Shown here: piece after piece, positions 1-9,420 of the stretch
How positions within the stretch are numbered: the first letter of the stretch is position 1
How the letters are laid out: each line of letters starts with the position of its first letter
Source of the DNA: a virus
DNA length: 64,000 nt
Reading direction: 5' to 3' (one strand)
IMG/VR virus record: IMGVR_UViG_3300041809_000571
Coordinates: 179,841-243,840 of that record
Program-made: the position numbers and the translations under genes
The notes under the pieces: model-generated
The model's input: the letters and a program-made list of their open reading frames with translations, nothing else
Told to the model about the DNA's origin: nothing
Databases searched by the model: none

Positions 1-515
1 GCAATACCACTAGGCCAGTGTTCCTTTAGTCGCTGAATGCTTTCCCAGTTGTGCTTGTCCAGAGAACTCATCTGTTCGGGACGCATCTGACTCAAACGTT
101 CCAAGTCCTGCTTCCCCTTCCGATAGCCAAGGTAATATTCAAGCATCTCAGCAATGGAATCTTCATCCGGCACCACATCACCCGCAAGGTCGGAACCTCT
201 GACTTCAAAGATGTACCCATAAGGGTCTTTCCCCTTCAAGAATTGGTCGGCGAGATTGGGGTGTCCCAATATCTGTCCACCCACGGCGTTAATGGCGGCG
301 TAACCAAGACTGGTCGTCAAGTATACCCGGTCGTAGACGGGGGTGTACCACTTGCTCGGCGTGGGCTTAGCCCCAATCAAGATGGACGCTGGCTGAATGC
401 CGCTCTGGAGAATGCCTTGTGCAGCCTTCTCCTCCGTGGTGCCGTGGTAGAAAGTAGTATCTTTGGCTCCCTCATGAAGAGGGGCAGCGGATTTATTGAG
501 CAACTGGCTTAACAC
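1..515 (-). CDS. Partial ADP-ribosyltransferase-fold protein (H-Y-E class, 'FYHGT' motif). N-terminal ~171 aa are present and the gene continues past the window start.
   Basis: The minus-strand frame is open from coordinate 1 up to a stop at 573-575. A GTG start at 513-515 is preceded by AACAGGAGGAGAGG (SD, 5-nt spacer). The translation '...HEGAKDTTFYHGTTEEKAAQGILQSGIQP...WYTPVYDRVYLTTSLGY...YGYIFEVRG' carries an HGT motif, a Tyr cluster and a downstream Glu, as in the PARP/diphtheria-toxin/Tpt1 ART fold. This ORF is absent from the supplied track because its stop lies outside the window. Confidence 0.5.
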   Translation of the reverse strand, partial: MLSQLLNKSAAPLHEGAKDTTFYHGTTEEKAAQGILQSGIQPASILIGAKPTPSKWYTPVYDRVYLTTSLGYAAINAVGGQILGHPNLADQFLKGKDPYGYIFEVRGSDLAGDVVPDEDSIAEMLEYYLGYRKGKQDLERLSQMRPEQMSSLDKHNWESIQRLKEHWPSGI

Positions 516-3500
516 CCTCTCCTCCTGTTTCAACCTCAACGTGGTCCGGCCCCGCTTCGGGAGCCGCTGGCGCTACCTGCACTTCTTGTACCGCAGGGGC
601 TTGCTGTTTCTTCCGCACAGTGTCCCGGTCAGTACCCTCCGCCTTGCATATCGGACAGTGGCGGGATAGACCTCCGCTGTTCTTGAGCTTGCGCTCGAAC
701 TCACGGGCAACGTTATCCCAAACCCGTGCCACGGTGAACTCCACTCCCCGCTCGTGGGCAACCTCCATAATCCTCGCCCTTGAGGTTCCCTTCATGTGCT
801 GAGCGATGCGGGCTTCGGCATTCTCCGCCCAGCCGCAGTAGTGCCGGACGTTTGCCTGACTACCGTGCCCCAAACCGCCGCCGAGGAAGTGCAGGAGATA
901 CACCTGACCAATGGTCTGGCCTACGGCTACCTTGGGATTCATGATGGCCTTATATTTCGTATCCAAGTACTCGTCCTTGTCGATATCCCCCTCTCTATCA
1001 TTGGGGTTGAAATCGTCATTAGACCCAAAGCCATACAGGCCCAGTTCGGAGAGAAGGTCTTCATTGAGTTTACGCCAGACCTTTCCATCCCACATCTCTA
1101 TCCGGCTGGCGGGGATAGTCTTCTGGGTAAAGAATGCCTCGGCACCAGCATCGCCAGTTCCGTACTCATCTTCCTCGAACCCGTAACGCTTATACTCCTT
1201 GATGCGCAGAACCACGGGAATCATGCCATCGGAAACAGGGCTATCCGAGTTATGGTAAGCCCACTCCTCCGCCCGACCCACCCAGAACCCCACCCCTCTT
1301 GGGTCGGAGAAGAATATACGTCCCTTGGTGTGCCAGCCGTAGTTTTCACCGATGACCGGGGGATGACCGGGTTCCAATCCCTGCCAAATGATGTCTTCCA
1401 GCCGATTGGCATAAGTCACATGGTAGACATATCCCACCTTGGCAGCTTCCTTGGGAATGACCCATGAGGAAGCGGCGGTGACGTTCTTCCAAGCTGCCGG
1501 GGGCTGGTGCCACTCATTTTCACTGGTCTCCTTCCAACCAAGTATCTGCGGGTGCGTTCCCTCCTTTAAGCGTATCTCCTTCTCTTCCTGCCCAAGGGAG
1601 GGGTCAAGATTCACCCAGACGGTCGCCTCCCAGTCAACATCCTGTTCCTGCACTTGTGCATGGATGATGTATTTCTGGTAGCCCGGCCCAAAGTTTCCCC
1701 AGTGTGCCTCGGCGGCATCCTCATCCCATGACCAGAAGACCCCGATACCCCGGCGCTTTAACCCCCTGATGTCCTTGAGGGTAACTACCCGGTAGACATC
1801 CAAGGGGAAGGACCACATGGAGTGGTCGCCAAGAACATCGTAGTATCGGTTCTCCAAATCCTCATAGGCCCGGCGCTCCAAGTACTCCCGTTTTTCTTTC
1901 TGCTCCAAAGCATCAAAGGCTTCCGTCTCCGCCCGGTCGTAAGGTTCCCATTGGTCCCAACTGGAGCCAAACCCATTGACAATCTTTACAATCCCGCCCT
2001 CCTTTTCAACAAACTCATCCCATGATGGGAAATGAGAGACGGGAGAGGCGGTCATCGTAAGCTTCGCCTGCTCTTCCAGAACGTTCATGGGGATAATCGT
2101 TTTGTTACCACCCTCGCATTCCGGTTGATTAGCGTATCCTTCTAGTCCCTCACCTTCACCCAAGCTCTCGAAGTCATTCTCCCTGTGCGGCGTCTGCTTG
2201 TGGGAGTCTGCCGTCTTATTGAAAGCCTCATCAAGCTTCCGTTGGAAATCAGCAAAGGTCTGAGGCTCCTGCCCAATATCATTCCAGTAATCGGTGGTAT
2301 CCGAGCCGGGGATAAACCAGAACACCCGGTTCTCCTTAGCCATTTCCGCCATCCGGCGCATCTGAGCAGAAGTCGGTGGGGCTACCACATGGAAAGAAAC
2401 CTCACCGATGTTCTCCTCTACCCGAACGGCCCCGGTAAGCCACATGAACTCCTCTATGGCATTCTGTTTTCCGGGTTCACATTGTAGCCCCTGAACCGCC
2501 ATATACTGATGGTCGGCACAAGTACGCAAGGGGGTACCATCCGAGAAGATAAAGGCCACATCGCAATCCGGCTCCTGCTTAAACATCTTACGAACTCGCC
2601 GTTCCGCCTCACTCCGGGCAGCGGCTATAACCATTCGGTTTGCCGGGCGGAAATTCTTATCCTTCGGCCCCATGACTCCGGTGAGCTTAATAGATGCCCC
2701 CTGCACCAACCGTATCTCCGACTCCTCCGGGTCCTTAACATTGGCGTGCAACGTACCTTCCCAGTCAATCTGACTTTCACTCTCAATCACGGCTCGGAGG
2801 GTCCAGAATTCTCCCTTCACTCCTCGCACGGGAGACCAGATAGAAGACGGCCCAAAGTAAGCCTGCGCTCCCTCTTGGCTGACGCTCCATGAGACCCCGG
2901 TGTGCCCGAAATCCACCCGACTTCCAGCTACTATCTCCAACTCCCGGTAAACGGTAATAGGAAGCTCTAAGGAGTTGAGGTAGTCTACCCCTTCTTCCAA
3001 ATTCCAAACGGCCATTTGCAGGTCAGCACTGGCAGACAGGTCCAGTTTAGACAAGTACTTGTTGACGTTACGGGGCATCTGAACCCGCTGATGAGCCGCC
3101 CTCTTTTGCTTGGGCTTAGGTGGGATAATCTTGGCGGTATCCGCCGCCATCCAACGATACTGGTCAAAGTTGGCAGCAACCCACAGGGCGGCATCCCTTA
3201 AATCCTCGGCGACGAATACCGGTTTGCCATTCCTATCCGCAGGTAGGTGCCAACCGCTGTCCACGTGATAGATGGGAACAATATCCCGTGCTGCCCGGCC
3301 CCAGAAGATTACTTGGTCCTCGTTGTCCCCCGAGTGATAAACGTTCACCCCGGAGGCCCGGAAAACCACGGCGTGTTTGCCATACTTGCCTTCCACCTGA
3401 TTGGCATCGGCCACGGGAACACCAAAGTTGTAGCCCCCTATCTTCTTTGCCTTTTCCGTAAAGTAAGTGGTGAGTCCGAGGCGTCCAAGGTCGTGCATAC

Positions 3501-6500
3501 CGTACAGGAATCCATCTCTGGCAATCTCATCAGGGTTGTCCGTCATATGGACTAGCCACTGATTACGAACGATTCCCTGATACGTCATGAGCATGAAAGA
3601 GGGGGCGTTCGCCGGGTCGTGTTGCATGACCCAATCACTACCGTGCTCTAAATACTCTTTGTATGTTTCCGGGGGAATGAGAGCAAGCACCTCTTCTTCA
3701 CCCTCCCGGAGAGCTTCCCAGAAATCCCTACCGGCCCTCTCCGCTTGTACATTGCGGTGGGATTCTTCCATACCCTTGGACCAGTTGGCATAAGCTTCTT
3801 TTTCGTTCCGGCCTTGAGCGATGATGTCCCCATAGTGGTTCTTTATCCCCACCTTGCCCTTAGACAGGTCCACGGGGTGCTTCCCACGATAGGTCCAGAA
3901 TTGCTCATCCCCTTTAAGCCTGACAAATCCCCAAGGCATCTTGTCCTTGGCATTCCACTTACCGGGGTACTCAGGGGGTTCAAAGGGTTTGGGCTGCGGC
4001 ACGGGGAGAGTGGGAGCCTCGAAATCTTGTCCCTCTAACCACTCAACAAATTCATCGGGATAGAGCCGGGCAAGTTCCTCCCCCTGTATGTGCTCATCCA
4101 TCTGGAGGTAATTCTTAAGGTCAACGAGAGTGTCAACGATGAACGCCTTTTTGTGGGTGGAAGCGGTGCGTTTCTTGGCAGCACGGGGAATCATGGAGTA
4201 TTTGTTGATGTTGGCGATTGCCCACCTTGCCACTTCCTCAATGTCAGGAGACTCAAACAGCACGTCCCCTCCTACCTCATTAACGAACCACTTTCCCTCC
4301 GTGTGATACAAGGGAATGATATCTTTGGCGGTCTTACCCCAAAAGATTATCTGATAAAACTCATCCCCTGAGTGATAGGTGTTGACCCCGGAGGCCCGGA
4401 AGAGTACGGCCTCACTTCCAAAGGATACATTATTCCTTCCTACCCCCGCCTCTATACTGTGTGCATCATTCACAGGAACAGCGAAGTTGTAGCCTCCACC
4501 CTTCTTATCCTCATCCTTGAAGTAAGTGGTCAATCCAAGATGCGCCAAATCGCTTACTCCACGGGTGAATCCCTGCTTCGCCACGGAGTCGGCATAGTCG
4601 GTGAAATGGACGAGCCACTCATTCTTGACGATGCCCTTGTAGGTGAGGTGGATGAACGAGGGAGAGTACGCCGGGTCGTTCTCCATGGCGAAGTTGGCGG
4701 CTGGCTCCAAGAACTCCTCGTAGAGTTGGTCCGGCACCGCCTTCCAAGCAGCCTCATCATAATCCTCAAGAGCGGTGAGGAAACTCCTCCACCCCTTGAA
4801 CTTCTTGGGTAGAACAAAGTCGTTATTCCGCAGCCAGTCGATGAAGTACCCCGTATAAGCACGGGCTATTTCCTCACCCATGTCTCTCCTGCTCATGGTA
4901 AGGTAGTTGACTAGCCAAGTGAGGTTCTGACTCACCCTCGCTTGTTTCCTGATGACATCCAACCCCACCTTCTGAGAAGAGGTCTTCTCCAACTCCTCCA
5001 TGTCTTCATCAGGTTGAGATTCCTCATTCACCACCCCGTTACCGCAGATGGGGCAAGCGTCTGCTTCATTCTCCGGGAGATACTGCCAGCAGTAGGCGTG
5101 GTAATCATCATACCCCGGCTGACCGAGCTTGACCACGTTGATATCGGGGGGTCCAAACTGGTCATGGGTGATGTCTATGATGGTTCCATCTTCCGAGACG
5201 TTCCAAACATGGTCGATTTGCTTGCCGTTGTCTTCCAAGTACAGCCCGGCGTAAACGTCCCAGCCGTATTTTTGAGATGCAGCATCAGCAATGAAACCGC
5301 AGTTACCCTGACCCCTTATAGCGGTGGTGTCTCCCATGCGTAACTCAGTACGCAAAGCCCGAGCTTCTTCCAAGACTTCGGGGGTGGGTTGGGTATTCAC
5401 GGCGGAGGCTTTGCTCTGCTGATAGGCATCCGACTTGTCCTTGAGGTCTTGAAACCACTTCTCGGTTTTCTTCTGTCGCCGGGCACGAGACCACTCTCTC
5501 ATCTTCTCATAAATCTCTTGCCGCTTGGCTTTCTCTTCGGCAATAGTTGCCGGGGGCTTTTCATCCCACTGCAAGCGGAGGTCTGGCATCTTCATCATTG
5601 CTTCGGCGGAGAGAATCAAACCATGGTCATCCCTGTGGGGGTACTCCCAATGCCTAGAACCGATGTTTGGGGAGTTAACAAAGTCTTGGTCAGTGGTCTG
5701 AGTCAGCCGGTACTCTTCCATGTTCTTGCCGGTCATCCAGATTTTCTGCTTACCGGAGATGCGGATGGATGCCTGCCAACGGGGAGAACCCCAGCTAGTA
5801 CGAGAAAGCAAAAGAAAGAAAGGCCGCTCGGTAAACTGCTTCTCGTAACTCTCGTCAGATTTCGCCGTAATGAAATCCTTACCGTGTTTAGCGTTCCAAC
5901 GGTCGGCTATTTCCTTAAAGACCCAACCATGCCCGCCCTCTTGCCTCACTCTCCTATCAAACCCCTTCCCTCCGGGGTAAGTTGACCACACCTTAAGCAT
6001 CTGCTCATGGTGTACGAGTTCGTGAGCGAGGACACGAGTAAGGGTCTCCTCATCATAACAGATGGCTTTTTGAAGGAGGATGACGGTGTTAGGGTCTCCG
6101 TGCTTCCACTCGGTCCGACCCAGCCACTTGGAACGGGTGTAGTCCGCAATTCTAATTTGCGGCTCCGGGAGGCTGGGGTCCACATCCGGCATGAGCTTGT
6201 GAAGCACATTGATGACCGCCCCATAATCCAGAGCTTCGTCGGCGGCGATGATTCCCCGCTCCTTCAAAGACTTCCTGAGTTCCCCGCCCTCCCCCGTAGT
6301 GCCACTGCTGACAATTTGCTCACCGGGAAACTCCTCTGTGAGCTTTTTGTACATGGCGGTCGCTACACCCCGACGACGGTATTCCGGCTGGACATGAACG
6401 TACTTTATCCAGATTTCGTCATCGTATTCCGAAAAGTCCACATATCCGACCCGTGTTCCCTGTTGGGTCTCCTTGCCGTCAGGACCGGTCACCCAGACGC

Positions 6501-6639
6501 CGCCGCCCTCCAGCCAAGCCTCTACCCTGCCGGAAAGCTCTCCCCGGTGGGAATCGTGGATTTCCAAACGGACTGTCATGGGAGGCGCTTCCCCGGCTGC
6601 CCCGGCTGTCGGTTGAAGCAATGGATTGAGTGAACGCAT
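493..6639 (-). CDS. Giant 2048-aa multi-domain 'polyvalent' protein, a candidate injected effector: GNAT acetyltransferase + HExxH Zn-metallopeptidase + papain-like Cys peptidase + 2 tandem ART-like domains + C-terminal Zn ribbon
   Basis: GNAT fold at aa ~20-150 ('IKYVHVQPEYRRRGVATAMYKKL'). HExxH at aa 205-209 ('VLAHELVHHEQ'). Papain-like Q...C...H...D at aa 443-490 ('GQGNCGFIADA...IDHVWN...DITHD'). Two homologous ~160-aa domains at aa ~655-815 and ~1008-1165 ('WLVHFTDYA...LGLTTYF...FRASGVNTYHSGDE...IFWG' vs 'WLVHMTDNP...LGLTTYF...FRASGVNVYHSGDNE...IFWG'). C-terminal 'RHCPICKAEG'. Confidence 0.6.
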   Translation of the reverse strand: MRSLNPLLQPTAGAAGEAPPMTVRLEIHDSHRGELSGRVEAWLEGGGVWVTGPDGKETQQGTRVGYVDFSEYDDEIWIKYVHVQPEYRRRGVATAMYKKLTEEFPGEQIVSSGTTGEGGELRKSLKERGIIAADEALDYGAVINVLHKLMPDVDPSLPEPQIRIADYTRSKWLGRTEWKHGDPNTVILLQKAICYDEETLTRVLAHELVHHEQMLKVWSTYPGGKGFDRRVRQEGGHGWVFKEIADRWNAKHGKDFITAKSDESYEKQFTERPFFLLLSRTSWGSPRWQASIRISGKQKIWMTGKNMEEYRLTQTTDQDFVNSPNIGSRHWEYPHRDDHGLILSAEAMMKMPDLRLQWDEKPPATIAEEKAKRQEIYEKMREWSRARRQKKTEKWFQDLKDKSDAYQQSKASAVNTQPTPEVLEEARALRTELRMGDTTAIRGQGNCGFIADAASQKYGWDVYAGLYLEDNGKQIDHVWNVSEDGTIIDITHDQFGPPDINVVKLGQPGYDDYHAYCWQYLPENEADACPICGNGVVNEESQPDEDMEELEKTSSQKVGLDVIRKQARVSQNLTWLVNYLTMSRRDMGEEIARAYTGYFIDWLRNNDFVLPKKFKGWRSFLTALEDYDEAAWKAVPDQLYEEFLEPAANFAMENDPAYSPSFIHLTYKGIVKNEWLVHFTDYADSVAKQGFTRGVSDLAHLGLTTYFKDEDKKGGGYNFAVPVNDAHSIEAGVGRNNVSFGSEAVLFRASGVNTYHSGDEFYQIIFWGKTAKDIIPLYHTEGKWFVNEVGGDVLFESPDIEEVARWAIANINKYSMIPRAAKKRTASTHKKAFIVDTLVDLKNYLQMDEHIQGEELARLYPDEFVEWLEGQDFEAPTLPVPQPKPFEPPEYPGKWNAKDKMPWGFVRLKGDEQFWTYRGKHPVDLSKGKVGIKNHYGDIIAQGRNEKEAYANWSKGMEESHRNVQAERAGRDFWEALREGEEEVLALIPPETYKEYLEHGSDWVMQHDPANAPSFMLMTYQGIVRNQWLVHMTDNPDEIARDGFLYGMHDLGRLGLTTYFTEKAKKIGGYNFGVPVADANQVEGKYGKHAVVFRASGVNVYHSGDNEDQVIFWGRAARDIVPIYHVDSGWHLPADRNGKPVFVAEDLRDAALWVAANFDQYRWMAADTAKIIPPKPKQKRAAHQRVQMPRNVNKYLSKLDLSASADLQMAVWNLEEGVDYLNSLELPITVYRELEIVAGSRVDFGHTGVSWSVSQEGAQAYFGPSSIWSPVRGVKGEFWTLRAVIESESQIDWEGTLHANVKDPEESEIRLVQGASIKLTGVMGPKDKNFRPANRMVIAAARSEAERRVRKMFKQEPDCDVAFIFSDGTPLRTCADHQYMAVQGLQCEPGKQNAIEEFMWLTGAVRVEENIGEVSFHVVAPPTSAQMRRMAEMAKENRVFWFIPGSDTTDYWNDIGQEPQTFADFQRKLDEAFNKTADSHKQTPHRENDFESLGEGEGLEGYANQPECEGGNKTIIPMNVLEEQAKLTMTASPVSHFPSWDEFVEKEGGIVKIVNGFGSSWDQWEPYDRAETEAFDALEQKEKREYLERRAYEDLENRYYDVLGDHSMWSFPLDVYRVVTLKDIRGLKRRGIGVFWSWDEDAAEAHWGNFGPGYQKYIIHAQVQEQDVDWEATVWVNLDPSLGQEEKEIRLKEGTHPQILGWKETSENEWHQPPAAWKNVTAASSWVIPKEAAKVGYVYHVTYANRLEDIIWQGLEPGHPPVIGENYGWHTKGRIFFSDPRGVGFWVGRAEEWAYHNSDSPVSDGMIPVVLRIKEYKRYGFEEDEYGTGDAGAEAFFTQKTIPASRIEMWDGKVWRKLNEDLLSELGLYGFGSNDDFNPNDREGDIDKDEYLDTKYKAIMNPKVAVGQTIGQVYLLHFLGGGLGHGSQANVRHYCGWAENAEARIAQHMKGTSRARIMEVAHERGVEFTVARVWDNVAREFERKLKNSGGLSRHCPICKAEGTDRDTVRKKQQAPAVQEVQVAPAAPEAGPDHVEVETGGEGVKPVAQ
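3145..4977 (-). repeat. Tandem intragenic duplication (two ~260-330 aa units with a ~160-aa conserved core, ~50% aa identity) inside the polyvalent protein gene
   Basis: Hand alignment of unit A (aa 555-815) and unit B (aa 835-1165) from the translated ORF. Confidence 0.6.
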
Positions 6640-6708
6640 ATAACCCTTGGCTTTTCAAGTCCGGGGACAAGTTTCCCCCTGATTGAGAAATGAAAAGTCG
6701 TGGGGCTA

Positions 6709-6987
6709 TCAATGGTAACGGATTACGGTCTTGGCGTGAAGAGGAATAACGGTGTAATCGTACTCATCCGCTTCCTCATTCTTCTCGGTTATGATGACTA
6801 AGTAGTGTCCTATCTTGGCGATAAGGCCGACTGCGGTAATCTTGGAACCAACAAATTCCTCACCCGCTTTCATTTTATCGAAGTCCGGCAGCGCCTTCCT
6901 GCCCTCCCCATAGGCGTCTTCCCAGTCCACCTCACCGGGGCGGAATCGCACACCTTTGATAACTACTCCCTTCGGCTTCATGGTCAC
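6709..6987 (-). CDS. hypothetical protein (92 aa)
   Basis: ORF with coding-like composition in the operon context; no motif recognised. Confidence 0.45.
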   Translation of the reverse strand: MTMKPKGVVIKGVRFRPGEVDWEDAYGEGRKALPDFDKMKAGEEFVGSKITAVGLIAKIGHYLVIITEKNEEADEYDYTVIPLHAKTVIRYH

Positions 6988-7044
6988 CTACCTATGAATA
7001 TTACCGGATTCTGGGTCCTTCAACCATGCGCCCGGAAGTTTTCT

Positions 7045-7881
7045 TTATCTCATTGAGTTCAGCACCTTAAAGTAGATGGAGCCGGTCATCGGCTTTTTCT
7101 CCAGTTTTTCTGAGGTTTCTGGTTTGGCCGGTTCAGACTTTTCTTCCTTCTTTGCGGGCTTTTGGGCGAACCGACACCAGTCATCGGCATCCACCTCAAT
7201 GGTGCCATCGGGAAGCTTTTTTTCTTGTAGCTCCGGGTCCGCCATAACCACGGGATGTTTGCAGGAGTCTACTTCTACCCCTTCGGCGTTCTTGGAGTGA
7301 GGCGTTCTGTGACGGCAGTCCATACAGGTCGCCGGGCCGTCATGCCAAAAACCGGTCAGTTTGGACCCCGCCATGTCGTACTCTGTTCCCTTGATTCTCT
7401 CCAAAATCCCCTCATCTGCCGATGTCTTTTTCATGTCCTTGTCCTTTTCCTGATGCTCTTCTACCTTACTGCGAAGAGAACCGATATCCGTCTCAAAACA
7501 GTCACCCAATCGACTGTCTCCCCATTCCTTGGGGTAATGGGACAGGTAGAGCTTTTGTGCTGACTCCAGATTCGGGACCCCGGCAACCAGCTTGTACTCG
7601 TCAAACTCCCCATCCTCGTCAAGCTGTTCAATGACGAAGACCTGACTAGCTTCCTTGTCGCCCCCGATGTAAATGTCTAGTGGTTCTGCATCACCCTTGG
7701 CGGATGTATCGTCAATGTATCCATAATCAGCTTTCATTTCCCGCCGCCACGTTCTGCCGTTTTTGTCCTTGCCTTCCCGGACACAACCCTTGGGCCACTC
7801 AATGACCACGGGAATTCCGTGGTATTCTACACTATGGTGTTGAGGCAGCTTGGCTTCTTTGGCGATACTGGCTTCCGGCAT
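7045..7881 (-). CDS. Inorganic-pyrophosphatase-like domain protein with a C-terminal Cys/His cluster (278 aa)
   Basis: The N-terminus 'IPVVIEWPKG...DYGYIDDTSAKGDAEPLDIYI...DEDGEFDEYKLVAGVP' resembles family-I PPase motifs (VVIEIP...NYGYI...DGDPVDVLV...DEAGEDAKLVAVP). The region between the K-Y-E and D-R motifs is shortened, so the domain may be inactive. Confidence 0.35.
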   Translation of the reverse strand: MPEASIAKEAKLPQHHSVEYHGIPVVIEWPKGCVREGKDKNGRTWRREMKADYGYIDDTSAKGDAEPLDIYIGGDKEASQVFVIEQLDEDGEFDEYKLVAGVPNLESAQKLYLSHYPKEWGDSRLGDCFETDIGSLRSKVEEHQEKDKDMKKTSADEGILERIKGTEYDMAGSKLTGFWHDGPATCMDCRHRTPHSKNAEGVEVDSCKHPVVMADPELQEKKLPDGTIEVDADDWCRFAQKPAKKEEKSEPAKPETSEKLEKKPMTGSIYFKVLNSMR

Positions 7882-8048
7882 ACACTTCTCCTGAATAAGA
7901 ATCGGGAATTTGTAGTATTAGACATCATGCGCAGAGATTGGTCCACCAAGGGGATGTAACGGCGAGTGCATGGAATGTACCCAAAACGCCAACTATCACC
8001 CCCATCAGTAGTGATAACGCCAAATAAAAACACCGCCACAGGAGGATT

Positions 8049-9320
8049 ATGAGTACAGAGAAGCCTACGAGGGATGAGTTTATTCAGGAGGCGCAGAGGC
8101 TATCCAACAACGGGAGCCAACCTGTAAGCCGTGATTTCTTTCGTAACAACAGCCCACTTAAGGACCGATGGGCTGCGTATTTCCCCACCTTCGAGGCCCT
8201 TCTTGATGCAGCCAACATAAAGCACGCCCGCAAGGTTGCCCAACCCGCCGCCAAAGCCGCCAAAGTTGCTCCACCCCCGGAAGAGCCGAGGGAAGTATAT
8301 CTGCGCCGGGACAACAGCCGTCTCAGAAACGAAGTAAAGAAGGCGCATGAGGAGCAGGGTTACTGGCAAGAGATGACCGACGCCATTGTGGACGCCATCA
8401 CTGGCTTGGACCCGTTACCGCCCGTGGAGTTTGAATCACCCATGGGTGCGGGTAGCGACATGGCTGCGTGCATCAAACTCTCCGACTGGCATATTGGCGA
8501 AATCATCAAGCCCGAGGAGACCGAGGGATTCGGCATTTACAACTGGGATATAGCACAGGAACGTATGAAGTACATTGCACAGAAGTTCCTCGGCTGGGTG
8601 GATACACACCGAACTACCTTCAATATCCCCAACCTGTATGTCTTCGGAGAAGGTGACTGGGTATCCGGCGACATCCACGAAGAACTCACCCGCACGAACG
8701 AGTTCCCCCTCCCCGTACAGGCAACGCAAGCGGGCAAGCTGCTGGCGCAGACCGTCTCCACCTTCGCTCCCCATTTCGACAAGATAACCCTCGTAGAGAT
8801 TGGGGCGGACAACCACGGACGGCTGGTAAAGAAGCCACAATCCAAGCAGAAGTCCAGCAACTCCATGAGCCATGTCGTTTACGAAATTGCCAATGCCTAT
8901 CTCCAGAAGCATGAGAACATCGACATCGTTACCACCGAGGGCATGAAGCATGTGGTCGATGTGGTGGGCGTGAAGTTCCTCCTCGAACACGGCGACACCG
9001 TAAAGGCATGGATGGGCATTCCCTTCTATGGCCTCGAACGTGAGCGGGGCCGGGAAGCCATCAAGCGGATGCAGGCAATGCTGGATGCTTGGCGGCAGGA
9101 AATGGAAGATATGACGAAGCTCGGCTTCGACTATATCTCCTGCGGTCACTGGCATGTCCCCGGTATTGTATCCGGCAACATTCTCATCAACGGAAGTCTC
9201 AGCGGCACATCGGAATTTGACCACGGCTGTGGACGGCACGCCCGCCCATCGCAGGTCAGCTTCCTTGTTCACCCGGAACACAAGCTGTTCGATTGGGTCG
9301 CTTGGACGCCGCCCATGTAG
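8049..9320 (+). CDS. Calcineurin-like metallophosphoesterase (423 aa) with an N-terminal ~130-aa extension
   Basis: Motifs LSDWHIGE (D-x-H), GEGDWVSGDIH (GD-x-x-D), GADNHG (GNH), LEHGD, SCGHWHVPG (GH-x-H). Preceded by AGGAGGATT-ATG. Lies on the opposite strand to its neighbours. Confidence 0.65.
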   Translation: MSTEKPTRDEFIQEAQRLSNNGSQPVSRDFFRNNSPLKDRWAAYFPTFEALLDAANIKHARKVAQPAAKAAKVAPPPEEPREVYLRRDNSRLRNEVKKAHEEQGYWQEMTDAIVDAITGLDPLPPVEFESPMGAGSDMAACIKLSDWHIGEIIKPEETEGFGIYNWDIAQERMKYIAQKFLGWVDTHRTTFNIPNLYVFGEGDWVSGDIHEELTRTNEFPLPVQATQAGKLLAQTVSTFAPHFDKITLVEIGADNHGRLVKKPQSKQKSSNSMSHVVYEIANAYLQKHENIDIVTTEGMKHVVDVVGVKFLLEHGDTVKAWMGIPFYGLERERGREAIKRMQAMLDAWRQEMEDMTKLGFDYISCGHWHVPGIVSGNILINGSLSGTSEFDHGCGRHARPSQVSFLVHPEHKLFDWVAWTPPM

Positions 9321-9372
9321 GTCGTATGAGTAAATTTCAGCAGGGGTTGAAGTGGACAATGATTTTCTGTTT

Positions 9373-9404
9373 CCTCTCGTATGTCATTTCCCGAGTACGA
9401 GAGG
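9373..9404 (+). other. Perfect 9-bp inverted repeat (CCTCTCGTA...TACGAGAGG, 14-nt loop) between the phosphoesterase and HNH genes
   Basis: Seen directly in the sequence; no U-tract follows, so it does not look like an intrinsic terminator. Confidence 0.4.
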
Positions 9405-9420
9405 ATGACAGGAATCACTA

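Noticed and set aside
51-512. Plus-strand 153-aa ORF at the window start
   Set aside because: It is antisense to a minus-strand frame that stays open over the whole 1-572 region, has a strong SD plus GTG start, and carries a recognisable YHGT ART motif. The plus-strand ORF has no motifs and odd composition.
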